Source: Paraspadella gotoi
Taxonomy: Eukaryota > Animalia > Chaetognatha
Direction of reading: 5' to 3'
Length of the DNA: 64,000 bases
Assembly: GCA_051294375.1 (NCBI GenBank)
Contig: CM119265.1
Coordinates: 26,702,694-26,766,693 of the forward strand
Position 1 is the first letter of the stretch; every line of letters begins with the position of its first letter. Shown piece by piece: positions 1 through 10,910 of this stretch. The notes under the pieces are model-generated. The model was not told the origin of the DNA. It saw nothing but the letters and a program-made list of their open reading frames with translations, and searched no databases. A program made the position numbers and the translations under genes.

Positions 1-605
1 CAAAGTCTTGTTTGGTCTGGAAAACGAAAAATTGTCGCTATTATTAGAAACAATATTAATATCTTTATCATCACGACGTACGAAAAGGCTGGAACGAGAA
101 TTCTTTTCTAAATGAATAATTTTTGTATAAGTTGTACCAATTTCATAACAATGTCCTATAAATTAGAGAATCTTTATTTTTTTATAGTTTGTTCTATTGG
201 TTTTCACCCCATTTCGCTCCAAACCGCTGAATTTCAATATTTATAATGATGATGATTCATCAATAATTGAAAAAAAAATCATGATTAAAGATTTGAAAAT
301 TAGTTCAACACAATCAAAATATTTAAATTATTGATTTACGACTCTTAAATTTTTCAAAAACATCCTTTAAAACATTTCAATATTACTGATATAATTACAA
401 CCTGAATCATTTGAAACGTAAAACAAGTAATTCAAATTATGCAATAATATTTTTTAAATTCCTTAATAGAAATATTTGAACATAATAGCAATAATCAAAA
501 TTCGTGGAAATCTAAAGTGTTTTTATTTCATCTTCTATTGTTCGGCCAAATTATTATAACGAATCCACTCGAAATCTCAAAAGGTTTTACTTTCTCTTTG
601 TCGGT

Positions 606-641
<36 letters not shown>

Positions 642-1309
642 NNNNNNNNNNNNNNNNNNNNNNNNNNNNNNNNNNNNNNNNNNNNNNNNNNNNNNNNNNN
701 NNNNNNNNNNNNNNNNNNNNNNNNNNNNNNNNNNNNNNNNNNNNNNNNNNNNNNNNNNNNNNNNNNNNNNNNNNNNNNNNNNNNNNNNNNNNNNNNNNNN
801 NNNNNNNNNNNNNNNNNNNNNNNNNNNNNNNNNNNNNNNNNNNNNNNCCCTCTCTCCCGCTCTACTATTTTCCTCTTCCTGCGATTCGCTCTTCCTCCTC
901 CCTATCAATTACTATTCATTCTTTTGGTCTTTTCGCCGCTCGGTTTTTTCGTCGTCGTCGTCGTCGTCGTCGTCGTACTCAATTGCTTTTTACTCTTGTT
1001 CTTTCCGTCCACCTCCTCCTCCTCCTCCTCATCCTATTATTATTCCATTGCGTTTTCGATTCCATTTCAAAAAAGACGCCGACAATTTTCCATCTCCTCA
1101 AAATTCCTCTGGTATTTTTATATTTTGCTGCCAGATTTCGATTGCCACTTATTGCCGACTCTTTCCGGCTCCTCCTCCTCTTTCTCCTCCTCCTCCTCCT
1201 CTTCCTCTTACCCCCATCCCCTCACTTTTTAAAAAAGGACATCAAAGCTTCAGTCATCGAAAGAAAATACTTTCATTATCACTTTTTTCAATCGTTGTGT
1301 CATTTCGAA

Positions 1310-1480
1310 CATTGACGTTCAGCCCGACACTGCGCCATCCGCCAATAAACTGACCTCGTTGCGCCAATCAAGATAACAACCGTCATTGCGGCATCGAAAG
1401 ACAATAGACTTTTACGCCATTTGCAATACATTAAAAACAATCATTCTGCCATTAACTATACATAATTGACGTCAAAGGCC
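1310..1480 (+). promoter_or_regulatory. Candidate BarH proximal promoter/upstream regulatory element
   Basis: Non-repetitive island just before the gap holding the start codon: two GCCAAT boxes (~1341, ~1363), Sox-like ACAAT (1401, 1437), CGCCATTT (1415), and TAATTG (1463) overlapping a palindromic CRE TGACGTCA (1467-1474). Confidence 0.4.
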
Positions 1481-1926
1481 GACGAATATTTAATATTTAA
1501 ACGAAACTAATTTTTCTCNNNNNNNNNNNNNNNNNNNNNNNNNNNNNNNNNNNNNNNNNNNNNNNNNNNNNNNNNNNNNNNNNNNNNNNNNNNNNNNNNN
1601 NNNNNNNNNNNNNNNNNNNNNNNNNNNNNNNNNNNNNNNNNNNNNNNNNNNNNNNNNNNNNNNNNNNNNNNNNNNNNNNNNNNNNNNNNNNNNNNNNNNN
1701 NNNNNNNNNNNNNNNNNNNNNNNNNNNNNNNNNNNNNNNNNNNNNNNNNNNNNNNNNNNNNNNNNNNNNNNNNNNNNNNNNNNNNNNNNNNNNNNNNNNN
1801 NNNNNNNNNNNNNNNNNNNNNNNNNNNNNNNNNNNNNNNNNNNNNNNNNNNNNNNNNNNNNNNNNNNNNNNNNNNNNNNNNNNNNNNNNNNNNNNNNNNN
1901 NNNNNNNNNNNNNNNNNNNNNNNNNC

Positions 1927-2734
1927 TCGAGTCCCGAAGGGCGCCCGTCTCTCTCTCCACGAGTGGGCGTGGCGCCTTTCTCGTCTCTCATCGCGACGCC
2001 ATTCGCGTCTCTGACATCGGCGCCGTTTCCATCTCTCCCGGCGTCATTTTCTTCTCTCCCGGCGCCGTTCGCTTTCGGCGCCGCCGGAGTGGGCGTAGCT
2101 TTGTCAACAACAGCGTCCAAATCTCCGCCGACTTCCCCGATATCGTCCTCGGCCGTGCAAAGATCTTCCGACTGCACCGCCTCCGCCGCCGCCGCCGCCG
2201 CTTCCTCCAGCAGCGCAGCGAAACCCTCGCGGTTCCTCATCGCCGACATTCTCTCTTCCGGCGCCGGAACGACGACGCCGACGACGCCGGCAACAACAAC
2301 GACAACGCCGTCGTCTTCGTCCTCCTCGAGAAAACGGTCGCATTCCGACGAAGACGACGACGACGACGACGACGACGAAGACGTTGACGTCGTTTCTCCT
2401 CCTCCTCTTCCTCCTCCTCCTCCTCCTCCTACGCAACGATCTCTCTTTCCCCCATCATCTTATCAACATCCCCAGCAACTTCCCTACCACCCACAACATC
2501 ACCATCACCACCCTCACCGAGTCCCGCCCCTCTACGTCCATCAATTGCTGCAGCTTCAACAGCATCAGCAACTTCAGCAACATCATCGAATGCAGCAGCT
2601 GGACCAGCAGCGGCCGAAGATCGGGCTCGTCGCTCCGCAGCGGATCAGCGTCGCGACGGAGCGGGAGGGGAGGCGGAGGGAGGAGGAAGAGGAGGAGGAA
2701 GAGGAGGTGGAGGTGGAGGAGAAGATGAAGGAAG
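1927..2734 (+). CDS. BarH: BarH/Barhl homeobox gene, exon 1 (5' end and start codon lost in the N gap 1519-1925)
   Basis: Open frame from the gap edge (SSPEGRPSLSPRVGVAPF...). It contains an eh1/FIL Groucho-binding motif FLIADIL (2233-2253) and Ala/Pro/His/Gln/acidic runs typical of homeodomain N-termini. It ends at a strong donor GAAG|GTGAGT (2734/2735, phase 1) that joins exon 2 in frame. Confidence 0.8.
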
Positions 2735-3233
2735 GTGAGTTTGTTAAGGGGATGAACGAGATCGATTAATTAATTCATAAATTAATTGATTAATCGATTA
2801 TTTGAAACGAAACATGTTTTTTCACAATTTAATTTTAATTGACATTGTAGAGAAGTGTTGAAAAATGTCCATTGTGATGTTATTTTTTTTTTTACAAATA
2901 TTTTCTTAATATTTAAAGAAAAACTCATGGATTTCTAGGTTGAAATCAATACAAGATTTATTCTGAGATGTTAATGTCAAACCTAACAATTCTCCCTAAC
3001 TTTATTCTTCAATTGATAATAATTTTTTTTACTATTTTCTTATGAATTAAACTATTTTACTATATTAATTTTTTTTAAATTGTTTAAATTTTTTTTAATT
3101 TCTCTTTCAAAGGACGATAATATTTATTGATGTAGTTTCATTAATAAACTCACTATTTTCTCTTCGTTGCTCCTTTGTTTCTCATCCACCCTGCCCCCCC
3201 AATTAATTCAGTAATTCCCTTTCCTCCCGCCAG

Positions 3234-3550
3234 ATGCCTGCAGCGACATCGACGACGCCGACTCCTCCGCCGAGGGCGACCTTCTCAACTCGGACCATTC
3301 CTCGCCCAACAACAACAACCCCAAGGCCAATAACAACCCCAACAACAACAACGCTACCGGCAACAAGCCCAAAAAGCCCCGCAAGGCGCGGACGGCCCGC
3401 CTTCAACCGAACCAATCAGCTCCACAAGAATTGGAGAGAAAGTTTAGAGCGAGACAAAAATATCTCAGCGTCCAAGAACAAGGAATGGACTTGGCCTGCG
3501 AGTCTGAGCCTGTCCGACACTCAAGTTCAAGACCTGGATTCTGAATAGAG
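3234..3550 (+). CDS. BarH: BarH/Barhl exon 2, homeodomain residues ~1-53 (frameshifted in this sequence by small indels)
   Basis: Polypyrimidine tract plus CAG acceptor (3231-3233). Phase-1 reading gives [55 protein letters not shown]. Allowing small indels, it continues F(T)(D)[42 protein letters not shown], then GT at 3551. [20 protein letters not shown] and DTQVKTW are Bar-family hallmarks. Confidence 0.88.
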
Positions 3551-4088
3551 GTAGAGATGAGATGAAGGAAAAGATGGGGGGAGGGAGGGAGAGAGAGAAG
3601 AAGAGAGAGAGAGTCGGAGAGAGAGAGGAGAGAGAGAGAAGAGGAGGAGAGAAGGAGAGAGAAGAGAGAAGAGAGAGAGAGAGAAGGAGAGAGAGAGATG
3701 GAAAGGAAGTTGAGGTAAAAAAACGACGAAATGAGTTTGATTACCATTGGAAAAGAAGTTAAACGACTGTTTCAAATAAGCGGAAAAATTGTTTCTAATG
3801 AAATTGGGTCCTCTCTTCTCCGTCTTCCCTCTCATCTCTCTCTCCTCCGTCTCCTCTCCTCTCCTCCCGTCTCCTCTCTTTTCTCGTCTCTTTCTCTCCT
3901 TTCTGTCTCTCATCTCTCTCTTTTCTCGCCTTCCCTTACCATTGGTTTGGGACCAACGCTGACACAAAAACGTTTCCGTGACTTTCAAGGAGCAACAAAT
4001 CTTTGCCTTTTAACTTTTTTTTTTCGCCTGTATCTTAGATTGGATGGAAAGTCGAAAGTTGACCCACGATACGGAGACGAGGAGAGAG

Positions 4089-4132
<44 letters not shown>

Positions 4133-4408
4133 GTAGAGAGAGAGAGAGATGAGGAGAGAGAGAGAGAGAGAGAGTGGAAGCGGCCATGGTGGGAAGTGAA
4201 GAAGGAAAAACTAAAAAAATTAAAAGAAAGAAGATCGGTTCATCCAATGTCTTAGTGACTTTATTTTCCCGTGTATTTTCCTTGTATTTATGACGAGCAC
4301 TGCATCGGAATTTTAGAATTTCCTGAAGGCGGTGCAAGAATTCACTTAGATTTGAGGGTTTTTTTCTTGTCTCAACAAATTAGCAACCAAACTATAGGCG
4401 AGTTATAA

Positions 4409-4893
4409 GCATTTTTAATTGAAGTGGGACAGATCGACGGACAGAAATACCGACCGACCGTCTTACCTACCGACAGACCGACCGAAAATGTTCATCCAGA
4501 AAGAAAGAGAGAAAACAGAAAAACGGATGTCAGTCTTTGTCTTATTTCTTTGAAACTTGTCCTACGAAATGAGTTACTTTCTAAAAGCCATTTTTTTCCA
4601 ATTTTCACTTTCTCCATTCAAGCTTAACTTAGACCATGTCTATTTACAAATATAAGTTTATTTTCATACTAATGATTATTTCTTCTCTTTCTCCCAGAAC
4701 AATGGAAACGCCAATTCCAAGTTGGCCTCGAACTCTTGGCTCAAGCGGGCGACTATCACGCAGCAGTCCAGCGTATGTTCCAGTCTTACCCCCACTGGTA
4801 CCCGGCAGCTGCTGCTGCCGCCGCCGCCGCCGCCACGGCGCACCACGCCATCGCCGCCCCGCCGGCTCCCGCCGCCCCTGCCGCTCCCTCCGC
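4409..4893 (+). other. First copy of a ~485-bp tandem duplication (end of intron 2 plus 5' part of BarH exon 3, acceptor at 4697)
   Basis: GCATTTTTAATTGAAGTGGGACAGATCGACGGACAGAAAT begins at both 4409 and 4894. The copies are colinear through the exon-3 start and differ mainly by single-base indels. Confidence 0.85.
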
Positions 4894-5175
4894 GCATTTT
4901 TAATTGAAGTGGGACAGATCGACGGACAGAAATTACCGACCGACCGTCTTACCTACCGACAGACGACCAAATGTTCATCCAGGAAAGAGAGAGAGAAACA
5001 GAAAACGGATGTCTCTTGTCTTATTTCTTTGAAACTGTCCTAGAAATAGAGTTACTTTCTAAAAGCCATTTTTTTCCAATTTTCACTTTCTCCATTCAAG
5101 CTTAACTTAGACCATGTCTATTTACAAATATAAGTTTATTTTTCATACTAATGATTATCATTCTCTTTCTCCCAG

Positions 5176-5648
5176 AACGAAATGGAAACGACAATCCCAA
5201 GTTGGCCTCGAACTCTTGGTCAAGCGCGGCGACTATCAGCGCAGCAGTCCAAGCGTATGTTCCAGTCTTACCCCCACTGGTACCCGGCAGCCTGCTTGCT
5301 GCCGCCGCCGCCGCCGCCACGGCGCACCACGCCATCGCCGCCCCGCCGGCTCCCGCCGCCCCTTGCCGCTCCCTCCGCCGGCTGCGCCGCCGCGGCATTC
5401 AATCCTTTGTTTCGACAGCACGCTGCCGCCGTCGCCGCCGGCTTGACTNNNNNNNNNNNNNNNNNNNNNNNNNTACCCCGCGGGACTTTTGACGCCAGCG
5501 CCGCCGCTGCCGCTACCGCCGCCGTCTTTGGCGCCGCCGCCGATGCCAGCGTCTTCGCTCACGTCGTCGTCGTCGACGTCGTCTCCGTATTTCAAACCTC
5601 TGACTGTTCACACTTCAGTTCCACCGCCGATTCCGCCATCTATGACAC

Positions 5649-5682
<34 letters not shown>

Positions 5683-5698
5683 AAAATCCGAATGTTAA
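5176..5698 (+). CDS. BarH: BarH/Barhl exon 3 (end of homeodomain, Bar tail motif, Ala/Pro-rich C-terminus); contains indels and a 25-N gap
   Basis: Acceptor TTCTCTTTCTCCCAG (AG 5174-5175), then (R)TKWKRQSQVGLELL(A)QAGDY..AVQRMFQSYPHWYP and poly-Ala. After the gap the frame reads YPAGLLTPAPP...YFKPLTVHTS...KSEC* (TAA 5696-5698); an alternative frame would stop at 5715. The intron inside Arg53 is a position typical of NK-like genes. Confidence 0.8.
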
Positions 5699-5865
5699 CG
5701 CGTCATTTTGTTTAAAACTAAATCTTCATTTAACCCAAGGCACTATTTTCTGAAAGCGCCTAATTTTTGTTTCTCAATCACTGAATCTTAGAAGTTTCTC
5801 ATTATTTAGTGTTCATCCAGTCAAACTGTTTGTAGGTTGAAAAATGAATGTTCAAATCCTACATT

Positions 5866-5998
5866 TTAACCTCAATGTTTAACCTTATCCGTAACCTTAA
5901 TCCCTAATGTTGAACCATTAACTCTAATTATTAATTAAATCTCTAACCTAAACAATAACCGTAATCCCTCGACCATCCCCTATCCCTAACCGCTAACC
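5866..5998. repeat. Degenerate (TAACCC)n-like hexamer tract
   Basis: Repeated TAACCT/TAACCG/TAATCC/CCCTAA units. Confidence 0.55.
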
Positions 5999-6645
5999 AG
6001 CTTTAAATTTATTTGACAATAAATTTAAGTTAAAAAACTATACTTATAGAAAATATGGCGCAAACGAATTGAACAATGTGAACATATTCTTTCTGAATTT
6101 CCTGTTTAATTGTATTTTTAATTGACCCTGAATTCGTATTATATCTGAATCTTTATTTAAATTGATGTCTCTTTGAATTTCTATTCGAATCGTATCTTTA
6201 TTCAAACTTTTTCAATGACTTTTCGACATAAAGGATTTGAATCATCGTCAATTTTATTTTTAAATTAATCCCATCGTCTAATTATCTCACTTTCAGCATG
6301 AACCTTGAGCGACCAAATTACTTTTTATACATAGATTTAATAAGTATTATTATTAAATTAAAGTAGTACGTAATAAGACAATCACCGAAATATAGAAGAA
6401 GAACACTTTTTTTGTCACAATATTTTTTTTTTAGTTCTAGATTTTAGTTGGACTCGCGGTAATATTGGAGTATTTTTCATTAATAAAAAACGTAGTATAA
6501 TTTCTCTAGCAGTAGCGGTAGATGAATTTAATAATACATATTACATATTGAACACAAGGTTACGTTTTAGTAATTCTATACATCTTCATTCCTCGTCGTA
6601 TTTTTTTTTGTCTCTGTGATATCAAAATCTTCTTTTTTTTTCGAA

Positions 6646-6710
6646 AATAAAACTTGGAAAAAAAACATGTTTCAAATAAAAAACTATTCTTTTTATTTTT
6701 TTCTTTGTTG
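6646..6710 (+). terminator. Candidate BarH polyadenylation region
   Basis: AATAAA at 6646 and 6675 followed by a U/GU-rich tract (6686-6710), ~1 kb after the stop. Other AATAAA sites at 6018 and 6482 are alternatives. Confidence 0.3.
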
Positions 6711-7398
6711 AAAAAAAGTGAGTTACGACGACGTAAAACTTACCTTAAACGCGAAAGATAAAAAACTAAATCGAAAAAATTTAACGATCAACGTTTTTGA
6801 ACGCTGGAGGTAAAAACCTGAAACTAAAGAAAAGAAGGCTCTCTTTTCCGAGAGTACCCTATTTCCCTTTGTTTATCCTCAAATTCCTAACCCTAATTAC
6901 CAATCAAATCCGTAACCTTAATAAACTAAAATAATTCCTGACTTTTAACGTCTTAAAAAAAATTATCTAATTTTAAATTTTAGATGAAATTGGGCGTTGT
7001 GGGAAAAGAAAGGCCAAGAATGTAACAATGAAAACTTTTGAGATAGAGTTGAAAAGAAATTAAAGGAAGAAATTTCTAGAAAAAAAAGGTTAAGACGATT
7101 TAAAAGGGAAAGAGAATTAAGGAAAGAGAATTAAGGAACTACTTTCTTTGCGCGGGTGGATACAATTAATATGGATTGAACGAAAAAATACCACCCCGGT
7201 AGTCTCGGCAGTGAGTCAGAGAGAGAGAGAAAGAGAGAGTGACTTGATTTGTTTCTCAATCGAATCTATTTGTTCAACGACTAATAAACGATAAAAGAGA
7301 AAGAGAAAGAAAATCTCCGCGCGGAAGAATAAAAATCAAACGATGGGATTCGAGGATTTAAATGCAGCTGCATGAACTAAACGGACCTCACAGAGAGC

Positions 7399-7503
<105 letters not shown>

Positions 7504-8071
7504 ATGAATTATTCAATCAACATGTGAGTCGGAATCAAAGAATTCGTGACTAAAAAGAGAGAAAAAATCGGATGAAAAAAAGGAATCACTGAGTTTTTAT
7601 AGATTCATTTTTCGATTCGAATCCACCTGATCTTTTTCGATTTAACCCACCTGGTCGGACCTTACCCACCTGATCGAGATTTTTGGTATGGCGCCTGTTC
7701 GGACTGGATTGAAATGGATAATTTAATCGAGTCATTTTACTTCAAATTTGGATTTTAAATCTTACAAAAATATGAAGATATTTTCTTTTGTTTTTTATGT
7801 TTTATTTTACACGTTTTTTTTATTTCTTTCTTTCTTTTCTTACTTTCTCTCTGTTCTTTAATTAATTTCTTTATTTTTTGTTTTTTTTCTTTATTTATGT
7901 TCTTTCTTTCATTCTTTTTTTCTTTCTCTCTTTGTTTCTTTCTTTTTTCTTTCTTTGTTTTTTTTTCTTTCTTTCTTTCTTCTTTCTCTCTTACTGTCTT
8001 TCATGCTTTCTTTCTTTCTCCTCCTTTTTTCTCATTTTTTTCTCTTCTCTCTCCACTCCTCTCTCTCTCTC

Positions 8072-8147
<76 letters not shown>

Positions 8148-8329
8148 CCTCTCCCTCTCCCACTCCTTTCCATCTCTCCCTCTCTCTTATATCCATCAGT
8201 CCGTCCATCTCCCCCCCACTAGTCTTAAAGCCTTCGCGGCGATCGTCGAACTGCGACGATGTCGCCCCAAAGTGAACATCCTCGTCGCTGGAGTCGACGA
8301 GGCGATTGAAGGGCGAAGACACTAACGAC

Positions 8330-8365
<36 letters not shown>

Positions 8366-8510
8366 ACGACAAGGAGACAAAGTGGACAATTTTGTCACTT
8401 TTATCGAGAAATCAAGGAAAGAGTTTTTACAAAAATTGGCGAAAATTGTCGCTCGAAAAAATCGGGACGGAAATGAGATCGGGTCTCTCTCTGTCTCTGT
8501 CTCCATCTTT

Positions 8511-8551
<41 letters not shown>

Positions 8552-8744
8552 CATTGCTTGTTTCACGCCTGATTGCTTGGTCAATAATGGACCTTTAAAC
8601 TAAGCAACAGTAAATGTTGATAAACGTGGTTAATACAAAAATATATATTGGTGACACGAGTGAAGCGACATTTTGGCCTTATTTTCCCAGAACGCCTCAT
8701 TTATCTTAAATTCGGAATTAGGACTATTTTTTTAGTTATACTAG

Positions 8745-8925
8745 ATTAGGTGAAAAGTTAAGGATTATGTTGAGTATTAAACATAAAGTTTAAGATTACG
8801 GTTATGAATAAGGGTTTAAGATTAGGGGTTAAGTATTAAAATACAGGATTAGGTTAGTATTCATGATTAAGGTTAAGGTTTAAGTTACAAGTTTAAGAAT
8901 ATGTTTAAGTTAAATATTAAAGTTA
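8745..8925. repeat. Degenerate (TTAGGG/TTAAGG)n-like hexamer tract
   Basis: Recurrent TTAGG, TTAAGG, TTAAGA and TTAAGT units at ~6-nt period. Confidence 0.55.
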
Positions 8926-9004
8926 GAAGAGTTTGAAATTAATTTTCAACAACGATTTTTTTTTATTAATAACGTTGTTGAAAATTAATTTCAAACTCTT
9001 CTAA
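8923..9004. mobile_element. Perfect 32-bp inverted repeat, probable inverted Penelope-like pLTR fragment
   Basis: TTAGAAGAGTTTGAAATTAATTTTCAACAACG (8923-8954), an 18-nt spacer, then the exact reverse complement (8973-9004). The arm shares TTAGAAGAGTTTGAAATTA with 18578-18596, which lies next to a hammerhead motif. Confidence 0.55.
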
Positions 9005-10102
9005 TCATTACACAACGAAACAAAAAGATTACACCACAATATTAAAGTTAAAATTAAAATGGGGCGCTCTGGGAAAATAGAGCCGCTCCGAAGAAGACGG
9101 CATCGTCAAAGCGTCGACGGGCGATTGGGGGAAGTCGAGGATCGAGGAATGAAGAAGGTTGTCGTGAAAACGTCAAGCGTCCTTCGTCGTCGTCGTCGTC
9201 GTCGTTTTCGTCGTCATCTTTTAAACTGGGCAAATGAAATATGGCTGGAATAAAAAGAGCAACGGAGGAGATAAAAAAAAGATTCGAATCATCGGATAAC
9301 AATTTTCTGAGCTCAAAAATTTGTTTTTAACCTCAAAACGAAAAAAGAGGGATTTTTTTTTTCGACCGAAAGATGGCGGTGGCGAAGGCGGCGAAGGCGG
9401 CGGATTTAAAGTGGTGGATTTAAAATATTACTTAAAAAAATATTCAATTTAAAAAATATTGAGGTGTCCAACGTGTATAGTTTTTTTTACTCTTTAATTG
9501 ATAAAATTTGTTTCATTTACGTAGATTTTCATGAAATATCTTAATTTTTTTGAAGCAACACCTTTATTTTTTGGCAAATTTTGACACTCACTCTTTGCAA
9601 ACAGGTGATTTTGCTTTTTTAAATCTAAACAAGATAATAATGAGCCCCGATATCATGTAGCGCGAAAATATTTTGCACGAATTTACAATTAAAATTTTCT
9701 AACCTCATAAGTTGAGAAGATCAAATTTTTGGGGCCAGAATTTCGAGGCGCCTCTAACGATTTTGATGATCTCGTAAATCAGAAGGCGAAAAGAGACGAG
9801 AGAGCAGATAGAGAGAGAGAGGAGAAGAGATGAGAGAGAAGAGGGAACGGAGAGAGAGAGAGAGAGAGAGAGAAACTGCTCATTTTATGAGTCCGTTCTA
9901 TGAGATTCATTACTTTACGATCATTAAAATTTCCCTTTTATTTCATTTCATTTCGAAAAAAATAATTTTTTCTTGACTATTTAAAAAAGTCAACTTAGTC
10001 TATGATTATATTCTTTCGTTTGGATGTAAATCTGTTCGTTTGTTGGGAAATTAGGTCGAAGTTGACGAACGAGCGAACATTCATGGCGAAGGGAAGGACG
10101 CC

Positions 10103-10182
<80 letters not shown>
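10103..10182. repeat. (GAT)n microsatellite
   Basis: Pure GAT run; source of the poly-M and poly-I ORFs in the track. Confidence 0.95.
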
Positions 10183-10845
10183 CAATTTTAAAGCTGACGA
10201 TGACAAAAATCGAAAACGGCGATAAAGAAAGTAACAAAGACATTCGTAATATAAATAAACCAGTTTTAAACTAAATAACGAAACGTTCGTCCCTAACCGG
10301 AAAAAAAAACCATTGATTTGTCAAGTAGATTAAAAGTTAAGAGTCCTTGTAATCACTCCTCCCTTCTCTCCATCCGCCTCCTTAGCGATTCTCCTTTCGG
10401 CTCAAATATTCATTTATCATCGCACCTTCAATTTTTTTGACATTTCTGTTGAGACTTCCTTATTTCTTTTTTCTTTATTTTTTTTTTTTTTTTTGAAGGT
10501 GCCGAAAACTTTCATTTTCTTTCTTTCTTTATTTCTTTAGTTATTACTTTCTTTCTTTCTTTAGTTATTTCTTTCTTTCTTTTTTCTTTCTTTCTTTAGT
10601 TATTTCTTTCTTTCTTTAGTTATTTCTTTCTTTCTTTCTTTCTTTCGTTATTTCTTTCTTTCTTTCTTTATTCCTCGTCTAACCAACATCCTCCATCTCC
10701 TCCTTCTTTCCTTTGATGTCATTGATGTCACCTTTGATGTCATTTTGTCAGCAACGATCGCTCACGCAGACAAAAGGTCATTAGGCGACAAAACAATCGC
10801 AGGTCGGAGGAAGAAAAAAAAATTCGCTTTTAAGTTAAAAAAAAA

Positions 10846-10910
<65 letters not shown>

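Noticed and set aside
3234-5698. BarH as a true pseudogene
   Set aside because: The lesions are scattered small indels, while diagnostic residues and splice sites are retained. The two exon-3 copies carry different indels, and neighbouring intron DNA is equally noisy, which points to sequencing error.
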